DNA of 64,000 nt, from contig CALGMT010000013.1 of NCBI GenBank assembly GCA_937958885.1, positions 14,314 to 78,313 of the forward strand. The letters run 5' to 3'. The DNA is from an uncultured bacterium (GTDB lineage Bacteria > Verrucomicrobiota > Kiritimatiellia > CAIVKH01). The position numbers and the translations under genes were made by a program. Positions 40,034 through 50,044 of the stretch are shown here, in pieces; the first letter of the stretch is position 1; each line of letters begins with the position of its first letter. Under the pieces are notes generated by a model that saw nothing but the letters and a program-made list of their open reading frames with translations, did no database searches and was not told the DNA's origin.

Positions 40034-40074
40034 GGAAGGCAGGTCCCGCGGGTTCGCGGGACCTGTTTCCTTTT
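40034..40074 (+). terminator. Intrinsic terminator after yceI (possibly bidirectional)
   Basis: GGAAGGCAGGTCCCGCG-GGTT-CGCGGGACCTGTTTCC followed by TTTT, between convergent genes. Confidence 0.85.
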
Positions 40075-40079
40075 AATGT

Positions 40080-40883
40080 TCAGACGGCGTGGCGGGCACG
40101 TCGCCAGGCGCAAAAACGATCGATCGCGCCTCGGATGCGGATTCGCATGTTGCGGATGCCGCGTTTCGCCTTGCGGAATAGCGCAAGGCAGATCAGAAAA
40201 ATCAATATATTGATCGCCAGTGCGGCAAACGGGCTGAAGGCGTAGACCGCGATGAGGCTCGCGCAAATGGATTTGTTCGCCGCTTCGAAGATGGCGTCAA
40301 GCAGCGGAATCGGCGAGAGCCAGACCAGCAGTTCGAAAAAGAAGCGCACGGTCTGGATCACGAGAACATTGACGATCGAGAGGGCCGCCAACAATGCTTC
40401 GATCGGGATGCCCGCGATTCCCGCCGCGACGACGGGCGCGCCGCTTTCCGGCGCTTCCAGCAGCTTGTTGACCAGTTGCACTGCAATGACCGCGACGAGG
40501 CCTGCATACGTCTCCATCGTGTCACAGAGCAGCGCGACCGGTTTGCTGACTTTGGTAAGGCGGGGCAGGGAGGTGAACAGCGCGAGGGCCAGGAAGAGGA
40601 AGAAAAATGCCGGATGTGTGAGCACCGGGTGCGCATGGAGGAACGCGTTCTCCGGCAGCGCGCCCTTGGTCACGAGGATGGAAAGACCGGACAGGCACGC
40701 CATGCCGAAAAACGGCGACAGCGCCACGGGCGCGAGCGGTCCGAGGAGCTCCGCCCACGGCGCTTGATCGCGCAGCGCCCCGCTCGCCGCCAAATCCCCC
40801 GCCGCCTGCGCCGCGCCATAGCCGAACGCCAGCAAAGGGCTTGCAATCAGCAGCGCGACACAAAGCAGCGCGCGTTTATTCAT
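40080..40883 (-). CDS. Hypothetical polytopic membrane protein, coupled to top6A
   Basis: Several hydrophobic helices; ATGA overlap with the top6A stop. Confidence 0.75.
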   Translation of the reverse strand: MNKRALLCVALLIASPLLAFGYGAAQAAGDLAASGALRDQAPWAELLGPLAPVALSPFFGMACLSGLSILVTKGALPENAFLHAHPVLTHPAFFFLFLALALFTSLPRLTKVSKPVALLCDTMETYAGLVAVIAVQLVNKLLEAPESGAPVVAAGIAGIPIEALLAALSIVNVLVIQTVRFFFELLVWLSPIPLLDAIFEAANKSICASLIAVYAFSPFAALAINILIFLICLALFRKAKRGIRNMRIRIRGAIDRFCAWRRARHAV

Positions 40884-42001
40884 GGCAGGAACTTGGCTTT
40901 TTTCAATTTTTCCGGGAGGTAATGCTCAAGCACGAAGTTCAAGCCGTGCTTGGCAAAGGCTTGTTGCTCGATGCGGACGCCCATTTTCAACATCTGCTCC
41001 AGAGCCTGCTGCCACTCTTTGTAGTGCTTGATGAAGGGGTCGTTTTTCAACGCGTCTTTCGCGCGCTTGATGTCGGCTTCTTCCAGCGGATGGGTCGCGT
41101 CTTCGAGGTCGTAGTCGATGATGTCCTGCGGCGTGACGCCGAGGTAGTGGCAGGTCGGCACGCAGAAGTAGCGGTTGATGTGCGCGGCCTGGCCGGAGCC
41201 GACTTTCAATGTGCGGTAGATGTTGCAGTAGCCGTAGGGATCGCCGTCGGTGAAGGCCAGGACCGGAATCTTCTGATCGTCCGCCAAGCGCCGAATGAAG
41301 CGCCGGCACGCGCGCGTGGGCACGCCGCTCATCGAGATCAAAATGCAGTTGGCCTTGGCGTAGTAGCGATGGTGGACGAGGCGCTGAAAAAGCGAGGCCG
41401 TCTCGACGGCGAGCACGAATTTCGCTTTTGTTTGAAAGCGCAAATGCTCGACGCGGGACGGGATGCTCCACGCGCCGGTGCCGAGCTTGGTGCAGTCGAT
41501 CTTGATGTCCTTGCCCGTGTCCGGGTCGCGGTCGATGACGACGATCGGTCCGCACACTTCGCCTCCGCGCTCTTCCGGGATGTAGCCGAGCTGCTCGCGG
41601 TTGATCGCGAGCATGGCCTCGATGTCGTCGAGCAACGTGTCGGATTCGGACTGTTCGTCGAACCGGCACTCGCCCCAGCTTTTGGAGTTGTAGTAAATCT
41701 CGCGCTTGCCGGCGATGTCGTCCTTGTCGAGCAGGTCGTTCTTCGTCGTCGCGAGCAGGCGCATCGACTGCGCGAAGGTTTTGACGGTGTTGTAGGACAG
41801 CGTGCGGGTCGCGGTCTTGTTGAGGATTTCGAAATGCCCGCGCTTCGCGTCGTATTTGACATTCGCGAGCGAGCGGATGGGGAAGCGCAGCGAAGGTTTT
41901 CGGTGTTTCTTGACGACGTCGGTGTGGACCTCGCCTGCGACGTCGACGATCTTGCGCGCGGCGGCTTGTTTGCTGACGATCTGGATGCTGGTTTCGCTCA
42001 T
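40880..42001 (-). CDS. top6A: DNA topoisomerase VI subunit A (Spo11/Top6A family)
   Basis: KREIYY (catalytic Tyr, WHD), FDEQ.ESD, toprim LAVE..LFQRL and DGDPYG, C-terminal EQQAF. Confidence 0.9.
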   Translation of the reverse strand: MSETSIQIVSKQAAARKIVDVAGEVHTDVVKKHRKPSLRFPIRSLANVKYDAKRGHFEILNKTATRTLSYNTVKTFAQSMRLLATTKNDLLDKDDIAGKREIYYNSKSWGECRFDEQSESDTLLDDIEAMLAINREQLGYIPEERGGEVCGPIVVIDRDPDTGKDIKIDCTKLGTGAWSIPSRVEHLRFQTKAKFVLAVETASLFQRLVHHRYYAKANCILISMSGVPTRACRRFIRRLADDQKIPVLAFTDGDPYGYCNIYRTLKVGSGQAAHINRYFCVPTCHYLGVTPQDIIDYDLEDATHPLEEADIKRAKDALKNDPFIKHYKEWQQALEQMLKMGVRIEQQAFAKHGLNFVLEHYLPEKLKKAKFLP

Positions 42002-42127
42002 GGGAGTGGCCTGTTGCGACGTGTTGGTGAATGTCTGCGAGTGGAGCGGCGCGCCTTCAGGGTGCAGCTCGCATCACTGGGTTGGAGATGGGTGATCAAG
42101 ACCGAATTCGGAGCAGGCCCGGTCGCG

Positions 42128-44059
42128 TTATTGAGCGGGAGGGGCTTGGCGGGTGATGAGCAAATCCCTCTCGAAGGATTTGGCGAGGGCGGGGTTGAGG
42201 CGCCGTCCTTTTTGTTTCATGCGATCCGCGCGCGCGGTATCGCCAAGCGCTTCGTAGGCCTTGGCGAGCCACAGGTGGGTCAGGGCGTCCTTGGGCCGGC
42301 GTCGAACCGTCCGTTCCAGCGCGCGCGCGGCCGGTTCGGGCTGGCCGAGGTTGAAATATGCGATGCCGAGCTGTTGGCGCGCCGTGATATGCGTCGGCGA
42401 TCCGGCGACGACCAATTCTAAAACGGTGCGGGCTTCGAGGAAGCGCCACAGCGAGAAGTAAATCGTTCCCGCGCCGATCAGGCGCGGATGATTGCGCGCG
42501 GGGAAGATGGAAGCGAGTTCGCGCTGGTAATCGCGGCGCGCGGATTCGAGTTCGATCAGTCCGCTGCGCTGCATCTCAAAGTCGGCGAGCATGCGCGCGT
42601 TCTCGCGCGTGCGCCGCAGCAGGACCATCGTGGTGCCGTCAAAATAAGCAGGCGCCCAATCGCCAAGGTCCACGAGCCGGCGTGTGGTCTGGCCTGCCCC
42701 CGGCCATGAGCAGGGCAGGATAATGGCGCCGGGATCGAAGCGATCGAGAAGGCGCGCGAGCTGTTCGTTGTCCGTCAGCAGCGCGCGGCCGAGGCCCTGA
42801 TAAAACGCCGCGCCGTAAACCGGCGTCCGCATGTCGGTGAAGATTTTCCGGTTCGGCAGCGCCCATGCGAGATAGCCGCCGTCCTGCGCGAGGTTGATGG
42901 CGCGGGCGGGGAAGTCCGGCCGCGCGAGAATGCGTTCGCAGGCGCGCTGCGGGAAGAGATCGTGGGCGATCCCCAGCCCAAAGGCGGACGCGCTTCCGAT
43001 TCGGTTAAAGTAATAGCCGCTGCTGACGAGCAGGAGCGTCAGCGCGGCGGCGCCCGCGATCAGGCTGCGTCCGGTCGGCTCCCACATGGGGGTGCCGATC
43101 CGCCGTGTGATCCACCGCGCCGCGCCTTGCAAGCTCATCGCGGCAAATGGAAATACAAACAGCCCCGCGAAGAGTGAATAGCGCGGCGACAACACCAGCA
43201 GAAATGCGCCCGCCACGCCGAGTGTGGTCAGGCCCATCGGAAGCCGTCCCGGGATGCTGACGAAGCCGCCCGCGACGGTCAGCAGCAGCAGCGTTTGAGC
43301 AAAGCGCGCGGCGAATGGCGCGAATTCGGCATGAAACGGCGAAATCCATTCGAGCAGAGCGCCGGTGTTGGGATTGATCGCGCTGGAAATGGCCAACCGG
43401 TGGACGCTGAATCCGTACGGATTCACCAAGGTCGCCGCGAGCAGCGCGAAGGGCAGCCAGTTCGGCAGCCGATTGGAGGGATCGGCGCGCCGCTCGTAGG
43501 TCATCAACGCCGCGATTAGGGGACCGAGCAGGAACGACGCGTGCATGTTCGCCCAGATGACTTGAATCGGCAACAGACACAGCAGGACGCTCCGCGCCGG
43601 CAGCGTCGCCAGCGCGCGCAAAAAAATAGCCGCGAGCAACAGACCGACGCCGTGCGGCCCGACGGACATGGCGGGCGCGATCAGCCACGCGACCAGCAGC
43701 AGGGCCAACGCCTGGGTGGCGTCGCTCGCGAGGTCCCGGACCAGCGGTCGCAGGAAAACGAAGGCGCCGACCACGCAAACCGCGAAGGCGAGGATGACGC
43801 CATAGGAGCCGCCCGCTTGCCAGAGCCGGTAGAGCACGGCGTCGTAGAGCCACGTGGTATTCACCCAGCTTCGGGACGCATCCGTGGTGAAAGAGAACGG
43901 GTCCGCGCGAATCCAACCCTGCTCGGCGAGCAGCCGACCGGTCGCCAGGTGAATCCAGAAATCGGAGTTCGAGAGCGTCCGCAACCCGAAGAACGCGAGC
44001 GCCGCCAGCGCCATCCACCACAGATAGCCGGCGCGCGGCATGTTCGATTGATCACTCAT
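42128..44059 (-). CDS. Polytopic membrane protein (putative GT-C fold) with C-terminal TPRs
   Basis: SDFWIHLATGR..DPFSFT, WANMH.SF, LVNPYG, GGYL.W, F.D.R; TPR-like tail. Confidence 0.75.
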   Translation of the reverse strand: MSDQSNMPRAGYLWWMALAALAFFGLRTLSNSDFWIHLATGRLLAEQGWIRADPFSFTTDASRSWVNTTWLYDAVLYRLWQAGGSYGVILAFAVCVVGAFVFLRPLVRDLASDATQALALLLVAWLIAPAMSVGPHGVGLLLAAIFLRALATLPARSVLLCLLPIQVIWANMHASFLLGPLIAALMTYERRADPSNRLPNWLPFALLAATLVNPYGFSVHRLAISSAINPNTGALLEWISPFHAEFAPFAARFAQTLLLLTVAGGFVSIPGRLPMGLTTLGVAGAFLLVLSPRYSLFAGLFVFPFAAMSLQGAARWITRRIGTPMWEPTGRSLIAGAAALTLLLVSSGYYFNRIGSASAFGLGIAHDLFPQRACERILARPDFPARAINLAQDGGYLAWALPNRKIFTDMRTPVYGAAFYQGLGRALLTDNEQLARLLDRFDPGAIILPCSWPGAGQTTRRLVDLGDWAPAYFDGTTMVLLRRTRENARMLADFEMQRSGLIELESARRDYQRELASIFPARNHPRLIGAGTIYFSLWRFLEARTVLELVVAGSPTHITARQQLGIAYFNLGQPEPAARALERTVRRRPKDALTHLWLAKAYEALGDTARADRMKQKGRRLNPALAKSFERDLLITRQAPPAQ

Positions 44060-44102
44060 GTGTCGTCAAACGCGATCAGCATTCCGGCGTTCTCGTCTCG
44101 CG

Positions 44103-44897
44103 TCAAGGTTCTTCTGGCAGCAGGTCGCTCACGGGGGTCAGATCTTCGCCGACGAGATGCTCCACCTCGTGGACCACGCCCGTGGGCGGGCGAATGCGGT
44201 CGATGAGCCGTTGCATGACTTCCCGCCGCATGAATATCGATCTGTCGAGCGTGTCCATGTCGGGGCTGAACGGGGAGAGGACCAGCAGCGGCACATCCGG
44301 TTCGACCGGTTGCGCCGGGGTCCATTCGACGCGGGGCCGAACGCCCATGGCGCGGGCGACATCCCGGTCGGCGGGCACGCCCAATTCGCGCATCAGCGCC
44401 ATCCAGTCGCTCGATCCTCGCGCCCACAGCGCGTCGAACGACGTGCGCGTGACCCAGTAGGCTCGCTCTTCGACGTTGACTGACGCCAGTCCGCGCCGCA
44501 GCCAGCCGATGGCGATGGTCTCGGTCGCCGCGGTCGAGTGGAGCGCCGCGAGCGCGGACGCGGTGGCGGGCGTTGCGCCCGCCTGGCGGAATGCCATGAC
44601 CAGCCAGCGCGCGGCCACCGCGCGTTCGCCGATGCCCCACGCGGCCAGGGCCGCCTGATGCCGGACCGCCGCGTCGTCCGGGCACACGGTGAGCAAATTG
44701 CTCAACAGGTGCGCTGCTTCGCCGTATCGGCGCCCCTCCAGCGCCGCGAGCGCCTCGCGCCACGCGGGATGAAGCGTCTCGTCGCGCTCGATGCATGCGC
44801 CGGGCGCGAACAGCCTGTAATCGGGAATATCCGGCGCGCCGCGTGCAATGGCCGCGTACAGCAGGATTCCCGCGATTATTCGCGCGCAGTGCTTCAT
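44103..44897 (-). CDS. Secreted TPR-like hypothetical protein
   Basis: Signal-like N-terminus MKHCARIIAGILLYAAIARG; TPR-like helices. Confidence 0.6.
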   Translation of the reverse strand: MKHCARIIAGILLYAAIARGAPDIPDYRLFAPGACIERDETLHPAWREALAALEGRRYGEAAHLLSNLLTVCPDDAAVRHQAALAAWGIGERAVAARWLVMAFRQAGATPATASALAALHSTAATETIAIGWLRRGLASVNVEERAYWVTRTSFDALWARGSSDWMALMRELGVPADRDVARAMGVRPRVEWTPAQPVEPDVPLLVLSPFSPDMDTLDRSIFMRREVMQRLIDRIRPPTGVVHEVEHLVGEDLTPVSDLLPEEP

Positions 44898-44994
44898 GCA
44901 AGCACGGTGAACGCGTCGGTCGAAAGCGTCAAGCGCGCGGAGTACGCGTGTGTGAGAGCGAGAACCCATTCCCATCGCGCGCAGTAGCGCGTCG

Positions 44995-45055
44995 AACAAA
45001 ATTTTTACAGAGCATGGAAGTTTTAAAATAATTTTTTACAGAGCATGGAACTTTT
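44995..45055 (+). repeat. 31-bp-period doublet of TTTTTACAGAGCATGGAA (locus 2)
   Basis: Cores at 45002-45019 and 45033-45050. Confidence 0.95.
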
Positions 45056-45343
45056 CGCCGCCCCGCGTTCTTTTGCGCGCGGGCGATGACGGCTCTGACG
45101 CGCAGTAGTGCCGCCGCTCTGTCCGCGGAATGGAAAGGACCGCGTTTTACCCCGAACCACGGATTTCTTGAGCGCGGGGGAAGGGGAGAGGGAGGTTGAG
45201 GGAGAGAAGGAGGGGGCGATTCAGCGGGTTCGTCTAATCCTGGCAGGGCGCGGCGTCTCGACGAGACGCGCGAGCGGGATTGACGATGTGTGCCGGATTC
45301 GGCTTGCGATGTCGCGAGACCGCGCATACGCTCGCGGCTCTTC

Positions 45344-46492
45344 ATGAAAATCCACGAGTACCAAGGTAAAGAGTTGTTCCGACGCTACGGCATTCGCGCC
45401 CAGGACGGCGAAGTGGCGGAGACGCCCGAGGCGGTCGCGCGGATCGCCGAATCGTTCGGACGAACGGTCGTCGTCAAGGCGCAGGTGCATGCCGGCGGGC
45501 GCGGCAAGGCCGGCGGCGTGAAGCTCGCAAAAAGCCCGGAAGAGGCGGCACAAAAGGCGTCCGCGATTCTCGGTATGAACATCAAGGGCAGCCGCGTGCG
45601 GAAGGTGCTCGTGGCCGACGCCGTGGACATCGCGCGCGAGGTGTACCTGGCGATCATCCTCGACCGCAGTGCGCGCGGCATTCTTTTCATGGCCAGCGCG
45701 GAAGGCGGCATGGAGATCGAGGAGCTCGCGGTCACCGCGCCGGAGAAAATTCACCGCTTCCACGCGCTGTCCCGCGAATTTCCCGAGGCCGAGGCGTCGC
45801 GCGTCGCCCCGCTGCTCTTCGGACCCGAACAGGCGGCCACGGTGCTCGACATCATGCGGAAACTGTTCCGCATGTTCATCGAACTCGATTGCTCGCTGGT
45901 GGAGATCAATCCCCTCGTGCTGACGCCCGGCGGCGAGATCATCGCGGTGGACGGCAAGGTCAATTTCGACGACAACGCGCTGTTCCGCCATCCGGACGTC
46001 GAGGCGCTGCGCGACCTCGCGGAGGAAAATGCCAACGAGGTCGAGGCGAAGGCGCGCGGGTTGAGTTACGTGGAGCTCGAAGGCGACATCGGCTGCATGG
46101 TGAACGGCGCGGGTCTCGCAATGGCGACGATGGACATGATCAAGCTGTTCGGCGGGCGGCCCGCGAATTTTCTCGATGTCGGCGGCAGCTCGAACCCCGA
46201 CAAGGTCGTACACGCGTTCCGCATTATTTTGAGCCGGCCCGGCATCAAGGCTGTATTGATCAATATCTTCGGCGGCATTACGCGCTGCGACGACATCGCG
46301 CAGGGCATCCTTGAAGCCTTCCAGCGGATGTCGATCGACATCCCGGTTGTCGTCCGGCTGACCGGCACGAATGCGGCGGAGGGGCTCGCGCTGCTCGAGG
46401 GCAGCTCCCTGATCCCGGCAGCGACCTTCGCCGACGCGGTCAAAAAAGTCATTGAAGCGGCAGGCGGCCCCAACGTGGAAGACGAAGCATGA
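45344..46492 (+). CDS. sucC: Succinyl-CoA synthetase beta subunit
   Basis: [40 protein letters not shown]. Confidence 0.97.
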   Translation: MKIHEYQGKELFRRYGIRAQDGEVAETPEAVARIAESFGRTVVVKAQVHAGGRGKAGGVKLAKSPEEAAQKASAILGMNIKGSRVRKVLVADAVDIAREVYLAIILDRSARGILFMASAEGGMEIEELAVTAPEKIHRFHALSREFPEAEASRVAPLLFGPEQAATVLDIMRKLFRMFIELDCSLVEINPLVLTPGGEIIAVDGKVNFDDNALFRHPDVEALRDLAEENANEVEAKARGLSYVELEGDIGCMVNGAGLAMATMDMIKLFGGRPANFLDVGGSSNPDKVVHAFRIILSRPGIKAVLINIFGGITRCDDIAQGILEAFQRMSIDIPVVVRLTGTNAAEGLALLEGSSLIPAATFADAVKKVIEAAGGPNVEDEA

Positions 46493-47361
46493 GCATTTTG
46501 GTCAATAGCGATACCCGCGTCCTCGTCCAGGGCATCACCGGCCGCGACGGCTCGTTTCACGCGAAGGGCATGCTCGACTACGGCACCAGGGTGGTTGGCG
46601 GCGTCACGCCCGGGAAAGGCGGCGAACAGGTCCATGGCGTCCCCGTGTTCAACACGGTGAAGGAAGCGGTCTCCGCGACCGGAGCAAACGCGACGGTGAT
46701 TTACGTGCCCGCAAAATTCGCCCCCGCCGCGATGCGCGAGGCGATGGACGCGGCGATCCCGCTGATCGTGACGATTACTGAAGGCGTGCCGACGCTCGAC
46801 ATGATGGACATCTATCACGAGGTCCGCGCGCGCGGGCTTCGGATGATCGGCCCGAACTGCCCCGGCGTCATTACGCCCGGCCAGTGCAAGATCGGCATCA
46901 TGCCGGGCCACATTCACAAGCCCGGACGGGTCGGCGTCATTTCCAGAAGCGGCACACTGACGTATGAGATTGTGTATGCGCTGACCAATCTGGGCGTCGG
47001 CCAGTCCACCTGCATCGGGATTGGCGGCGACCCGATCGTCGGGTCCGGCCCGATGGACCTGCTGCCGCTATTCGAGGCAGATTCCGGCACAGACGCGATC
47101 GTGTTGGTGGGCGAGATCGGCGGCGACGAAGAGGAACGCACCGCCGCCTTCATTCGCGAGCATATCAAGAAGCCCGTCTTCGCGTTTATCGTTGGCCACA
47201 CGGCGCCGGAGGGGAAGCGTATGGGCCATGCCGGCGCGATCGTATCCGGCGGCGCCGGAACCGCGGCCTCGAAGCTCAAAGCCTTTTCTCACGCAGGCGT
47301 TCCGGTCGCCAATACGATCGACGAGCTCGCCGAGATGGTGGCCGCTGCGATGCGCCGCTGA
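46489..47361 (+). CDS. sucD: Succinyl-CoA synthetase alpha subunit
   Basis: [27 protein letters not shown]. Confidence 0.97.
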   Translation: MSILVNSDTRVLVQGITGRDGSFHAKGMLDYGTRVVGGVTPGKGGEQVHGVPVFNTVKEAVSATGANATVIYVPAKFAPAAMREAMDAAIPLIVTITEGVPTLDMMDIYHEVRARGLRMIGPNCPGVITPGQCKIGIMPGHIHKPGRVGVISRSGTLTYEIVYALTNLGVGQSTCIGIGGDPIVGSGPMDLLPLFEADSGTDAIVLVGEIGGDEEERTAAFIREHIKKPVFAFIVGHTAPEGKRMGHAGAIVSGGAGTAASKLKAFSHAGVPVANTIDELAEMVAAAMRR

Positions 47362-47476
47362 GGCGCACGCGCGCTGTCGATTGCTCCGCAAAAGTCATCC
47401 CGGCGTCGCCGTGTGCGCGGCTGCGGAATGAGTGTCACAAAGCTTTGCGAAAGGGTATAAACCCTATGGTGACACT

Positions 47477-48904
47477 ATGAAGAATATGTATCCGCTGTTT
47501 CTGGCAAATCGCGCGGAGGCCCCTAATTCCGATCTGGAAGTGCGCGATAAGTATTCCGGCGCGCTCGTCGCGCGGGTCGCTCAGGCCGACGCGACCATGA
47601 TCCGCGAGGCGATCGCCCGCGCGGAGGGCGCCGTCGAACCGCTGCGCGCCTGGCCGGCCTACAAACGACAGGCCGTGCTCGACCATCTCGTGCGCCGCGT
47701 GCGCGAGCGCGCCGACGAATTCGCGCAATTGCTCTGCGCCGAGGCGGGCAAGCCGATCAAGGACAGCCGCGGCGAAGTCGCCCGGCTGATCGACACCTTG
47801 CGGATCTCCGCCGAGGAGTCCGTGCGTATGACCGGCGAAGTGATGCCGCTCGATATCTCTCCGCGCACGGCCGCCTACGCCGGAATGTGGAAGCGCGTGC
47901 CGATCGGCGTTTGCTCGTTCATCTCGCCGTTCAATTTCCCCCTCAACCTCGTCGCGCATAAAATCGGCCCCGCGCTTGCGGTCGGCTGCCCATTCGTCCT
48001 GAAGCCCGCCAGCTTGACCCCGCTGGGCGCGCTCGCGCTGGGTGAGATTCTGGCGGAAACCGATCTGCCGGAAGGCGCGTTTTCCATCCTGCCGTGCCCG
48101 CGCGACGGCGCGGATTTGTTCACCACCGACGAGCGCATCAAGCTGCTCTCGTTCACCGGCTCACCCGACGTCGGATGGGCGCTCAAGGCCAAGGCCGGCA
48201 AGAAAAAGGTCGTGCTCGAACTCGGCGGCAACGCGGCGGTCGTGGTGGACGCCGACGCGGACCTGAAGGACGCGGTCGATCGCATCATCATCGGCGCGTT
48301 CTACCAGTCGGGCCAGAGTTGCATCAGCGTCCAGCGCGTGATCGCGCACGAATCGGTGTATGCAGACCTGCGCGACCGCCTCGTCGCGGCCGCGCGCGCG
48401 CTTAAGGCGGGTGATCCGCGAGACGAGGCGACCTTCATCGGCCCGATCATTTCCGCGAAAGAGGCGGATCGCATCGAGGCGTGGATGGCGTCGTCGGTCC
48501 AGCGCGGCGCGCGCGTCCTCTGCGGAGGCACACGCGAGGGAAACGTTATCCAAGCGACCGTCCTGGAAAATGTGCCGCGCGACGAAAAGCTTTATGCGGA
48601 GGAGGTCTTCGGTCCCGTCGTCATCCTCGAATCCGCGCCGGATTTCAACGCCGCCCTCGCGCGCGTCAACGACAGCCGCTACGGTCTTCAAGCCGGCGTG
48701 TTCACGCGCGACATCCAAAAAGCCTGGCGCGCATGGGACGCGCTGGACGTGGGCGGCGTCCTGATTAACGAAGTCCCCTCCTGGCGCGTGGACCACATGC
48801 CTTACGGCGGCGTCAAAGAAAGCGGACTGGGCCGAGAAGGCGTCCGCTTCGCGATGGAAGACATGACGGAAATTCGGATGTTCGTGTTGCGCCGCAACGT
48901 GTGA
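47477..48904 (+). CDS. NAD(P)-dependent aldehyde dehydrogenase
   Basis: PFNFP, FTGS, LELGGN, GQSCIS, EEVFGP, YGG.K.SG.GREG. Confidence 0.95.
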   Translation: MKNMYPLFLANRAEAPNSDLEVRDKYSGALVARVAQADATMIREAIARAEGAVEPLRAWPAYKRQAVLDHLVRRVRERADEFAQLLCAEAGKPIKDSRGEVARLIDTLRISAEESVRMTGEVMPLDISPRTAAYAGMWKRVPIGVCSFISPFNFPLNLVAHKIGPALAVGCPFVLKPASLTPLGALALGEILAETDLPEGAFSILPCPRDGADLFTTDERIKLLSFTGSPDVGWALKAKAGKKKVVLELGGNAAVVVDADADLKDAVDRIIIGAFYQSGQSCISVQRVIAHESVYADLRDRLVAAARALKAGDPRDEATFIGPIISAKEADRIEAWMASSVQRGARVLCGGTREGNVIQATVLENVPRDEKLYAEEVFGPVVILESAPDFNAALARVNDSRYGLQAGVFTRDIQKAWRAWDALDVGGVLINEVPSWRVDHMPYGGVKESGLGREGVRFAMEDMTEIRMFVLRRNV

Positions 48905-49456
48905 TCAGCGGCGCCGCCCGGTCAATGCAGCGTGAAAGTCCCGATAGTCCGTGCGCGGGTCGAGCCAGATGCCGAAATAGGGTCCTGCAAAATCCGCGCC
49001 GGGGATCACGCCGAGCGGATCGCCGTTGAACGCCAGTTCGCTGCCGACACCGGGCACATATGTTAAGGTGTATCGGTCGCCCGGGCGCACGTCGCGGTAG
49101 AGTCGATTGATTTCATCCACACGCGACTGGATTGCGGCGAGCTCATCCGGTTTCAAATGCCGCCGGAGCATGTCGTCGCCCGCCTTGATCAGATCGGCTG
49201 CGGAAATAGTGCGGAGATACACAATGTCCAGCCGCTTCGGCACGTCGTCCAGGACCGATTCGGTCGGCACTCCTTCGCCGACGTGGAGCGCGGCCCAATA
49301 CACGCGAAAAATATACCCGACCCGCAGCAGTGCTTCGCCCCGCAGCGTCATCCTTGCGCCGTGCGCCTCGACAACAGCCGGGAAAACCGGCTTTGATGCC
49401 GCGGCGGCGATGAGCGGCAGCGCGAGCAGGGCAAACAGGATGATAATTTTGCGCAT
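48905..49456 (-). CDS. Chalcone isomerase-like periplasmic protein
   Basis: Signal peptide; F.VY.AAL, DV.PGDRY.L.Y.PG, F...YFGIWL. Confidence 0.8.
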   Translation of the reverse strand: MRKIIILFALLALPLIAAAASKPVFPAVVEAHGARMTLRGEALLRVGYIFRVYWAALHVGEGVPTESVLDDVPKRLDIVYLRTISAADLIKAGDDMLRRHLKPDELAAIQSRVDEINRLYRDVRPGDRYTLTYVPGVGSELAFNGDPLGVIPGADFAGPYFGIWLDPRTDYRDFHAALTGRRR

Positions 49457-49562
49457 AAACGTACATCGCGCTGCAGCAATTTCCCTTACACCCCCCGCGC
49501 GAATCGGTTGACTCTGGTGCCGGTTTCCGTAGGCTGTCAACCTTTCAAGGAGAACCCGTATC

Positions 49563-50021
49563 GTGGCGCAGGTTTCGAAGACGATGAATACATGGCCCTG
49601 GCAGGGCCTCGGCAAGGCTCCGCCGGAGAAGAAGCCCATGCCGATCCGGCTGAAGGCGACGATTCAGGCCGCGGCCATGACCGCGATCGGGTTCATTATT
49701 TACAAAGTGTTCGACCATCTAATCGGCCCGGCGATCGTGTGGTCGCTCGCGGGCCTCGTGCTGATCGGCGGCTGGTTCGTGCCCCCGATTTTTCACGGCT
49801 TCGAAAAGTTCGGCGCGAAGATGGCCTACTGGGTATCCGCCGGACTGACATGGGGGCTGCTCGTCCCGTTCTTCTATTTGACGTTCACGTTCGGCCGCCT
49901 CGTGCTGATCTTGAGGAAAATCGACCCGATGGACCGCGCGTTTCCCGACAAGGCGCGCGACTCGTTTTGGACGCCGCGCCCGCCCGTGCCGAGCATGGAT
50001 CAATATCGAAAGCAGCACTGA
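49563..50021 (+). CDS. SxtJ-like membrane protein
   Basis: TM helices then FFY...FG.L.....DPM.R......SFW..R......QH; directly upstream of a carbamoyltransferase. Confidence 0.65.
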   Translation: MAQVSKTMNTWPWQGLGKAPPEKKPMPIRLKATIQAAAMTAIGFIIYKVFDHLIGPAIVWSLAGLVLIGGWFVPPIFHGFEKFGAKMAYWVSAGLTWGLLVPFFYLTFTFGRLVLILRKIDPMDRAFPDKARDSFWTPRPPVPSMDQYRKQH

Positions 50022-50044
50022 AGAGGCCGTCGGCCGAAAAACCC

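Noticed and set aside
40880-42001. Wadjet JetD or another toprim defence nuclease
   Set aside because: Has the Top6A WHD tyrosine motif and EQQA tail; no SMC/JetABC genes adjacent.
6286-50044. Apparent N-terminal extensions or fusions in the ORF track (murJ from 6286, queE from 30519, pssA from 36256, carbamoyltransferase from 49508)
   Set aside because: The extensions overlap neighbouring real genes; family homology begins at the downstream starts used here.
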